From the IMG/VR virus record IMGVR_UViG_3300020530_000006: DNA of 64,000 bases; one strand, given 5' to 3'. This DNA comes from a virus. Of the stretch, positions 57,725 through 64,000 are shown in pieces. The position numbers and the translations under genes are program-made. The notes under the pieces were generated by a model. The model worked only from the letters and a program-made list of their open reading frames with translations, had not been told where the DNA came from and did no database searches. Numbering within the stretch: position 1 is the first letter of the stretch; every line of letters begins with the position of its first letter.

Positions 57725-58436
57725 AGTACTTTTTATTGCAAAATTTAACGAAGCGAATAGTTACAACTCTGTTTCCATGTCTAAACAGATACCAAAAAAT
57801 AAACTTTTGTGTTTTTTTAATGATTATAAATCATATGAGTTATTTAGTAAGATTATTCTTAGCGATAATAATCTTGCTAAAATAATAGATCTTAACTTAA
57901 ACATAACAAATATGATAAACGAATATAAAAATACTTATTCTCATTTTATTTTTATTCATTATTCAGACATAGTGTTTGACGAAGAAAAAATAGTTGCAAT
58001 AGCTAATGGTGTTAAAAATGAACCTGTTGGTATTTATATAGAAGATAAACATATGGCTACAATAGCAAGATACGAAGATCTTATAGAACTAAATAGAAAA
58101 CATTGTCAGTATAAAAACTTGTTCAAAGAGATAAAAAATATAACGCCTAAAAAACACATTGTGGGACACGATATTATTGATCATAAAAATATTCCAGATA
58201 TAATAAATTATGAAAACGATAAATGTCTATTTGCTTTTTTTAACGAACGCAAAGATCTTGGATTAGTTCAAAGTTATTGCTTTTTTAATAAAAATAACCA
58301 AAAAATATATAATATTGACAATAATGTTCTGGGAACCGTTATACAACATACTGATAATGACATAACTATTGAATGGAATTTGGATAGTAGCGATACGTCT
58401 TGTGTGTATGCTAACGAAAATGGTTGTTTTATTTAA
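57717..58436 (+). CDS. Hypothetical protein
   Basis: 239-aa tiled ORF. Confidence 0.6.
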   Translation: MNKVLFIAKFNEANSYNSVSMSKQIPKNKLLCFFNDYKSYELFSKIILSDNNLAKIIDLNLNITNMINEYKNTYSHFIFIHYSDIVFDEEKIVAIANGVKNEPVGIYIEDKHMATIARYEDLIELNRKHCQYKNLFKEIKNITPKKHIVGHDIIDHKNIPDIINYENDKCLFAFFNERKDLGLVQSYCFFNKNNQKIYNIDNNVLGTVIQHTDNDITIEWNLDSSDTSCVYANENGCFI

Positions 58437-58482
58437 AATGGCTAAATTACTAATGAAAAGTTTTCAAATATTTTAACTTAAT

Positions 58483-58497
58483 GTGTATACTAAAATA
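58483..58497 (+). promoter_or_regulatory. GTGTA-type putative late promoter (other copies at 21598, 26892, 33909, 35776, 59123, 63760)
   Basis: Recurrent GTGTAT followed by an AT-rich tract at gene boundaries. Confidence 0.5.
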
Positions 58498-58531
58498 GTA
58501 AAAGCCAAATATTACAAGGAGCATTCTCATT

Positions 58532-59056
58532 ATGGCAACACAACAAGTAAATGGTAGCGCAGTAACAGCGACATCAACCAACAACAGGGGTGGTGCGGTT
58601 GTTAATGGCGGCACAACCACAATTTTAGATCAAGTTAGTTTAGGCTATTCCAATGTTGGTGTTTTTGGTTCTTCTGTTGCAGACGGCACTGATACAGATA
58701 AGGCCTTAAGTGCTGGTACTTTCTCTTTTAACAACAGAGGTCCAATCGCTAAAAGAGTAACAGAATCTTTATCTGGCGTAACAAATACTGTATTGCGAAG
58801 TGGTGCTGATCAACCACAATTAATTAGAAGTATTCACAAGCTAGAAGTTGTTAGAACACGTAGATTAACAACAGCTATTCGTGCTGGTTCCTGGAATATC
58901 TACAGTGGTACTTTCACTAGTACTCCAACAGTCGCTGTAGACACCTTTGCGTCAGACGATGCGGCTAATCCAAGTAGAAGTTCTCCTGGTGAACTAACAT
59001 ATATGACCGGTTCACCAAATCCAGTAAATGATGATTACAAAGCCAAAACAGGCTGA
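58532..59056 (+). CDS. Probable virion structural protein
   Basis: T/G/S/A-rich; AAGGAG RBS, own motif and terminator. Confidence 0.55.
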   Translation: MATQQVNGSAVTATSTNNRGGAVVNGGTTTILDQVSLGYSNVGVFGSSVADGTDTDKALSAGTFSFNNRGPIAKRVTESLSGVTNTVLRSGADQPQLIRSIHKLEVVRTRRLTTAIRAGSWNIYSGTFTSTPTVAVDTFASDDAANPSRSSPGELTYMTGSPNPVNDDYKAKTG

Positions 59057-59083
59057 GTTTATCATAAATATATTATTTTATAG

Positions 59084-59121
59084 AAATAGGCCATAGAGTA
59101 ATTCTATGGCTTATTTTTTTT
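59084..59121 (+). terminator. Rho-independent terminator
   Basis: ATAGGCCATAGA-GTAAT-TCTATGGCTTAT followed by a T-run. Confidence 0.8.
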
Positions 59122-59163
59122 AGTGTATTATTATACGTGTCGCCACCATTATGGATCACCAAT

Positions 59164-59487
59164 ATGAATGAACAGATACTCCATTTTTGGCAATCTTTAG
59201 CCACAGCGTCTATCGGTATCATAGTAACATTAATTGGGTTTTGGGTAAGTATCGGGAAAAAAATTGTTACTAAAGAAGAAATTACAAAAATGATTCAAAA
59301 TGAAACCCCATACTGTAAAGATAGAGAATTTATTATGGAGAGGTTGGCTACTAATAAAGAAACACAAGTGGCACTATCTATAACGCTTCAAAAAGTTATA
59401 GAAGTAATGCATGAATTAAAAATTCAAATAGCAACACTAGGTAAAACACTTGAAGCTCTAGAAGAAAGAATAGAAAGAAAAACTTAG
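59164..59487 (+). CDS. TM plus coiled-coil protein
   Basis: N-terminal TM, C-terminal heptads. Confidence 0.65.
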   Translation: MNEQILHFWQSLATASIGIIVTLIGFWVSIGKKIVTKEEITKMIQNETPYCKDREFIMERLATNKETQVALSITLQKVIEVMHELKIQIATLGKTLEALEERIERKT

Positions 59488-59497
59488 GAGATAAATT

Positions 59498-59695
59498 ATG
59501 GCAAATGATATACAAGCAGCAGTTAGTGGTGTTGTTGTTAAAAACGGAACAGTAGTAGTTTCATGTACCGAAACTGGTGAGTATTCAACCATAGATACTT
59601 ATGTTAAAAACACACCGACAATAAGCGATATCGAAGCAAAGTATGATAGTAGATTTGACGAGCCAAGATACTATAGTGGAGATAATGATTCATGA
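59498..59695 (+). CDS. Hypothetical protein
   Basis: AGGAG RBS. Confidence 0.65.
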   Translation: MANDIQAAVSGVVVKNGTVVVSCTETGEYSTIDTYVKNTPTISDIEAKYDSRFDEPRYYSGDNDS

Positions 59696-60054
59696 AATTA
59701 AAACCAGGATATAAAACTAGTGAATTTTGGTTCACAGTAGTTAGTTTTATTTTTAGTGGTTTATATTTAACTGGTCTTATTTCAGAAAATGACCAAAAAG
59801 AGGAACTTATAACGATAGTTACTCATGCTGTAGAATCGTGTATATTAATTGGTGGACAGTTGATTATTCTTTATAAATATGTAAATGGTAGAACAAAAAT
59901 TAAACAACAATTCGAAACGAAAGAAGTAGCTCATGAGCCAGATCAAAGTAGTAAAACCACTAGTCAGCCAAGACCTAATAAAAACAGAAGTAGAAAACCT
60001 AATACTAAACGTAAAAAACAGCCTAGCAACAGTAAAAAGATTAGCGGTAAATGA
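59692..60054 (+). CDS. Holin-like membrane protein
   Basis: KPGYKTSEFW, two TM segments, basic C-tail. Confidence 0.55.
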   Translation: MKLKPGYKTSEFWFTVVSFIFSGLYLTGLISENDQKEELITIVTHAVESCILIGGQLIILYKYVNGRTKIKQQFETKEVAHEPDQSSKTTSQPRPNKNRSRKPNTKRKKQPSNSKKISGK

Positions 60055-60349
60055 GGCTTGGAAGATTCTGCAACTAGCAACAGCTAGTGTTATTCAAATT
60101 ATAGAAAAATTAGGCCACGATATTAGTAGTCCAGATAAAAAAGCCCTGGCTATGGAACTACTTAATAAGTTTTATGATAGTGTTTTTGTTGTTGTTGACA
60201 TTCCTGTTGTTCCAAATTTTTTAGAACCTATTATACATAAGTACGTCAAAGCGTTTTTGATGATACTAGTAAGCGCAACAATAGATGCTCTTGTTACAAC
60301 GTTTAGAAACACGGGCGTATTTATTAAAAAAATGAATGAGGGGACTTGA
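59933..60349 (+). CDS. Hypothetical protein
   Basis: DKKALA..YD..DIPVVP..EP. Confidence 0.65.
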   Translation: MSQIKVVKPLVSQDLIKTEVENLILNVKNSLATVKRLAVNEAWKILQLATASVIQIIEKLGHDISSPDKKALAMELLNKFYDSVFVVVDIPVVPNFLEPIIHKYVKAFLMILVSATIDALVTTFRNTGVFIKKMNEGT

Positions 60350-60350
60350 T

Positions 60351-60767
60351 ATGAATTTTACTCAAAGTTTTGAGGAGTTTAGTAAGGGCTTAGGACCAAC
60401 AGATCTTATGCTGTATGCTGGTATTGGCTTGGTTATATGGGTGTTATTCAAAGATAAACTTGCTCCAATGAATGGACTATATAGTTTTGTATTAGAAAAT
60501 ATAAAAAATCTTTTTCTAAAAAAACAACCAATGTTACCAAATGTCGTAACTGTTAGTACCAATACTGCTCCAGTTATTCTAGCAAATACTATTTCAGAGC
60601 ATTCCAAAGTAGAACCAGAAGATTTATTTTTTAAACTTGTGGTATCATGGAAAGAAACTCGTGATTTGGCTCTTAAGTGTGGCTGCGAAAAAGCTGTAGA
60701 TGTGGCTGATGAAATGTTTCCATATCTAAGTCCCAATGTTTGCGGAAAGGATCGTGTCGATGAATAA
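60351..60767 (+). CDS. Membrane-anchored hypothetical protein
   Basis: One TM. Confidence 0.65.
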   Translation: MNFTQSFEEFSKGLGPTDLMLYAGIGLVIWVLFKDKLAPMNGLYSFVLENIKNLFLKKQPMLPNVVTVSTNTAPVILANTISEHSKVEPEDLFFKLVVSWKETRDLALKCGCEKAVDVADEMFPYLSPNVCGKDRVDE

Positions 60768-61254
60768 TAAATTTTTATTACTTGTAGCAGTAGTTCTTGT
60801 AGTATTCGGAATTACAAAACCAAATTTTAATTTTCCAATAAATCGTCCAGTCGATGTGGTCGATAGCATAGTTATTATAACTCCACCATCTGATCCAGAA
60901 CTTAAAAAGTTGTGCGAACCAGTTATAGATGCCTTTAATGTAGATGTTGGAAATAAAAAACAAGATGCAAAAAGATTATCTGATTTGTATATGGATTTAG
61001 CAACTCTAGTTGAACTAGATGGCGAAAACGAAGTTGTTAAGACAACAGAAGAGATTCGTCAGGCAAACTCTTTAAGTGGAGTAATGCTAAGGCTTAATCT
61101 TAAGGGTGCCTATCCAAATCTTAGTGCCGCTTGTCAGTCTTTAATTTCATCGCAGATAGGTGATGACATGGTTCCTCTAGATACTAATTTAAGATCAAAG
61201 TCTGCTAACGCATTTAGAGCATTAGCATGGGCTTGTAATGAAAGTCGTAAATAA
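60760..61254 (+). CDS. Secreted or membrane-anchored hypothetical protein
   Basis: N-terminal signal/TM. Confidence 0.65.
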   Translation: MNNKFLLLVAVVLVVFGITKPNFNFPINRPVDVVDSIVIITPPSDPELKKLCEPVIDAFNVDVGNKKQDAKRLSDLYMDLATLVELDGENEVVKTTEEIRQANSLSGVMLRLNLKGAYPNLSAACQSLISSQIGDDMVPLDTNLRSKSANAFRALAWACNESRK

Positions 61255-62180
61255 TGTCTAAGTTTTCTCCTAATGATTTATATCTAAACTATCGTAAGGG
61301 CTACCAGGGTTGCCTTTGGGAACAACACGTATTTGATGAGTTACTCGAAACTTCTAAATACGCATATTTTGCCGATGGTTCAAAAAGGATAAAAAATAGT
61401 GGCAAGAGTAAGCTCAGTACTCCATATAAAAGCGTATTGAAGTTTGATAAAAATCCTTATAATGAAAGACAAACTACTGGAGATTGTGTTAGTCATGCAA
61501 CACGAAATGCCGTAGATGTTAGTCGAGCAGTAGAGATAGATGTGCATAGAGATAAGGAGTCTTGGGTAGCAAGAGGTGCTACTGAAGCAATTTACGGAGC
61601 CAGAGGTCATGGTGGTCAAGGGATGAGTTGTTCAAGAGCGGCGACATTTGTTAGTCAAAGCGGCGGCGTTGTTGTTAGAAAAAATTATAAGGGCGTGGCC
61701 GACTTTAGCAAGTATAATGGTGGTCTTGGTGCTGGCTGGGGTAGTAGAGGATTACCAGACCCCGTTATAGATCTTGCTAATGACCATCAAATTACAACCG
61801 TTAGTCTTGTTAGAACAATAGAAGAGGCAAGAGACGCATTAGCTAATGGTTATGGTTTATCTGTATGTTCTAGTTATGGATTCAGTAATAAACGCGATAG
61901 TAAAGGATTCGCAAAAGTAAGTGGTAGTTGGGCTCATGCTATGGCATGGATAGCGTGTGATGATACTGGTAGTGAGCCAGCATTTCTTGTCCAAAATAGT
62001 TGGGGCAAGTGGAATGATGGTGGTCATCCTGCGTGGGGTAAAATACCAGACGGTTCATTTTTAATTCATGCCGAAACAGCAGCAGGGATGCTTAGTCAAA
62101 GCGGAGCATACGCATTTAGTAATTTCGATGGCTTTCCTGTTCAAAAACTTCCGTCTTATGGTTTTGAGGATTATTTATGA
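61254..62180 (+). CDS. Papain-like (C1) cysteine peptidase
   Basis: QTTGDCVSH, HAM, QNSWG. Confidence 0.85.
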   Translation: MSKFSPNDLYLNYRKGYQGCLWEQHVFDELLETSKYAYFADGSKRIKNSGKSKLSTPYKSVLKFDKNPYNERQTTGDCVSHATRNAVDVSRAVEIDVHRDKESWVARGATEAIYGARGHGGQGMSCSRAATFVSQSGGVVVRKNYKGVADFSKYNGGLGAGWGSRGLPDPVIDLANDHQITTVSLVRTIEEARDALANGYGLSVCSSYGFSNKRDSKGFAKVSGSWAHAMAWIACDDTGSEPAFLVQNSWGKWNDGGHPAWGKIPDGSFLIHAETAAGMLSQSGAYAFSNFDGFPVQKLPSYGFEDYL

Positions 62181-62338
62181 AAATAATAGATAAAGTAATT
62201 CTTAATAGATTACTAAGTATTATAGCAAGTTTTATATTAAGTATTATTAAGATACTATCACCAAAAAGTGTCGAAGAAATTGATACCCCAAAGCCAGATA
62301 AAAGATGGCGCCCCAGATGGAGAAAGCAAGATGAATAA
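62177..62338 (+). CDS. Small amphipathic/TM protein (53 aa)
   Basis: ATGA overlap; hydrophobic helix plus RWRPRWR tail. Confidence 0.55.
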   Translation: MKIIDKVILNRLLSIIASFILSIIKILSPKSVEEIDTPKPDKRWRPRWRKQDE

Positions 62339-62639
62339 AGCTATTGGTTTATTTTTAGTAGCGTCTATTTTTTTATCGTCAGACTATGGCTATCACGGTT
62401 CCACAACAGGGGTTGTGACTCTTGTTGGCTCTGTTATCAAAACATCTCATATAGATAAAGAAAAAAAGTATCCTAGAAAAGAATGTCCTGTTTGTAAAGG
62501 AACAGGAAAATATCTAAGTGGAGATGGTATTAAAATGGTTGACTGTGGATATTGTGAGCCAGAAAACAAAGAGTCGGAAGTTACTCATCCTCCAGCTATT
62601 TTAAAACCAGATTGTAAAACTAAGGTTCATAAAAAATGA
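62331..62639 (+). CDS. Secreted protein with DnaJ-type Zn motif
   Basis: Signal; CPVCKGTG..GDG..CGYC. Confidence 0.6.
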   Translation: MNKAIGLFLVASIFLSSDYGYHGSTTGVVTLVGSVIKTSHIDKEKKYPRKECPVCKGTGKYLSGDGIKMVDCGYCEPENKESEVTHPPAILKPDCKTKVHKK

Positions 62640-63025
62640 ATGATAAATTAAACAGCATAGCAGAAAAAATTAGAGCTGAATCTGATATACCAGAAGAAGA
62701 AAAATTTGGTAGTGTAATTGCTATACTTATGATTATTAGTATAATATTAACACTAGTTAGAGTGTTACAAGAATGTAATAAAAATAAAACTTCAGAACTT
62801 CACTCATCAGAAGACAAGTACACATTCTACGGTTCTGAAATACACAACTATTCCCTTAAAAGGGGATGGTTTACAAAACTAAGAATTAAAAAAGCTATTA
62901 GAAAACAAATGTCTAAAGAGCAATACGCAAAATACGGTTCATCATTAATGAATTCAATTCTAAATACAGGAGAAAATATCAAGGATGATGAAGTTATAAC
63001 TTTAGTGGAGGCAGCAAATGTTTAA
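62636..63025 (+). CDS. Membrane protein
   Basis: One TM then C. Confidence 0.6.
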   Translation: MNDKLNSIAEKIRAESDIPEEEKFGSVIAILMIISIILTLVRVLQECNKNKTSELHSSEDKYTFYGSEIHNYSLKRGWFTKLRIKKAIRKQMSKEQYAKYGSSLMNSILNTGENIKDDEVITLVEAANV

Positions 63026-63269
63026 TATAATTGTCTGGTGTGTATATGGCTTGTTTGTTGGCAGTATAGCCAAAGCCCTAGTTCCTGGTGAAGAAAGAAT
63101 GGGATTTGCTCAAACAATAGCGGTTGGTGTTGCCGGATCATATATGGGCGGCGCCGTATTATATTTGCTTGGAACTTATGAAAGTATCAGTCCATCTGGA
63201 ATATTTATGGGTGTTGCTGGCGGCGTACTAAGTCTTGTTTTGTATAATAAGTTAACACAAAAATCTTGA
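63018..63269 (+). CDS. GlsB/YeaQ/YmgE (transglycosylase-associated) membrane protein
   Basis: GLFVGSIAKALVPG..TIAVGVAGSYMGG. Confidence 0.8.
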   Translation: MFNIIVWCVYGLFVGSIAKALVPGEERMGFAQTIAVGVAGSYMGGAVLYLLGTYESISPSGIFMGVAGGVLSLVLYNKLTQKS

Positions 63270-63293
63270 CTAGCACACTGATCGCACTATAAT
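63266..63293 (+). promoter_or_regulatory. sigma70-type promoter, probably leaderless
   Basis: TTGACT-16-TATAAT; ATG 6 nt downstream. Confidence 0.65.
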
Positions 63294-63299
63294 ATCCTT

Positions 63300-63770
63300 A
63301 TGGAACGACCAAACTGGACAGATTATTTTTTAGGATTGGCTACAGTAGTTTCTCAACGTAGCCATGATATTCAAACACAACATGGTTGTGTAATAACAGA
63401 CAAAAATAACAGGATACTAGGACTAGGATATAATGGTTTCCCTAGGGGTCTTGATGATAAATTATTACCAAATACTAGACCAGAAAAATATCCTTGGATG
63501 ATACACGCCGAAAGAAACGCTCTGTCAAACTGTATAATTAGACCAGAAAATGGAATAGCGTATGTTACGGGACAATCTTGCAATGATTGTGCTATGGCAT
63601 TGTGGCAAGAAGGTGTGACCACAATTGTAATGTCAAAAAATCACGGAACACACCTTTTCGACGAATCTGCAAAACAAAGATTCTCAACTTTTGTTGCTAT
63701 GAGTGGCATCAAAATTATATATGCTGAACCAAATCTTTCATGGCTGAAACAATTGGTCGGTGTATTATGA
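63300..63770 (+). CDS. dCMP deaminase
   Basis: RPNWTDYF, GYNG, HAERNA, SCNDC. Confidence 0.9.
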   Translation: MERPNWTDYFLGLATVVSQRSHDIQTQHGCVITDKNNRILGLGYNGFPRGLDDKLLPNTRPEKYPWMIHAERNALSNCIIRPENGIAYVTGQSCNDCAMALWQEGVTTIVMSKNHGTHLFDESAKQRFSTFVAMSGIKIIYAEPNLSWLKQLVGVL

Positions 63771-63905
63771 TATACCATATTGGTTTTTTCATAGTATTAT
63801 TTTTTTATTTTTATTTCAATATTACCTCCAATACTATAATGATAGAAAACTCTTTTAAAGGATTGGTAATATTAGGTCTTTTAACATTAATCGATAGGAG
63901 ATAAT

Positions 63906-64000
63906 ATGTCTGCTCTTCAAGAATTACAGAATTATACCTTTGTAAGCAAGTATGCTAGATGGCTAGAAGATAAAAACAGAAGAGAGACGTGGAAAGAAGC
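63906..64000 (+). CDS. Ribonucleotide reductase large subunit, 5' part (truncated by the window)
   Basis: AGGAG RBS; FVSKYARW..RRETW.E. Confidence 0.75.
   Translation, partial: MSALQELQNYTFVSKYARWLEDKNRRETWKE

Noticed and set aside
1-64000. Stop-codon reassignment
   Set aside because: Conserved genes are full length in code 11, TAA, TAG and TGA all end genes, and there is no suppressor tRNA

Overview
This window is 64 kb of an AT-rich, densely coding dsDNA genome, with essentially all credible genes on the + strand. It reads as a large tailed bacteriophage using the standard genetic code. The host cannot be determined; weak hints (Tat signals, a P/V/Y-rich secreted protein, a C1 peptidase cluster) point to Planctomycetota. 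Layout: (1) 1-16 kb, small early-type ORFs with sigma70-like promoters, tRNA-Ser(ACT), degenerate ~45-bp repeats, and two copies of a structured intergenic RNA motif I cannot assign to a known family. (2) 16-34 kb, ThyX, UvsE, a deaminase, TrmH, tRNA-Ile(TAT), tmRNA, endonuclease VII, DNA ligase, an HhH glycosylase, tRNA-Leu(TAA), a mini-kinase, rIIA-HNH-rIIB, a tRNA-like RNA, and RuvB with a Zn-ribbon/RuvA-CTD-like partner. (3) 34-37 kb, a membrane-anchor gene plus an actin-fold ATPase, and a trypsin-like protease. (4) 37-52 kb, a glycosylation island with heptose-pathway enzymes and GuaC. (5) 52-64 kb, a sigma factor, ClpP, a DeoC-like pseudoenzyme, GT60, a holin-like/papain-protease cluster, dCMP deaminase and the start of a ribonucleotide reductase. 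The best novelty candidates are the twin RNA motif (6723-6852 and 9272-9370), the actin plus membrane-anchor pair, and the non-canonical RuvB loader. All calls come from reading motifs by eye; no searches were run.
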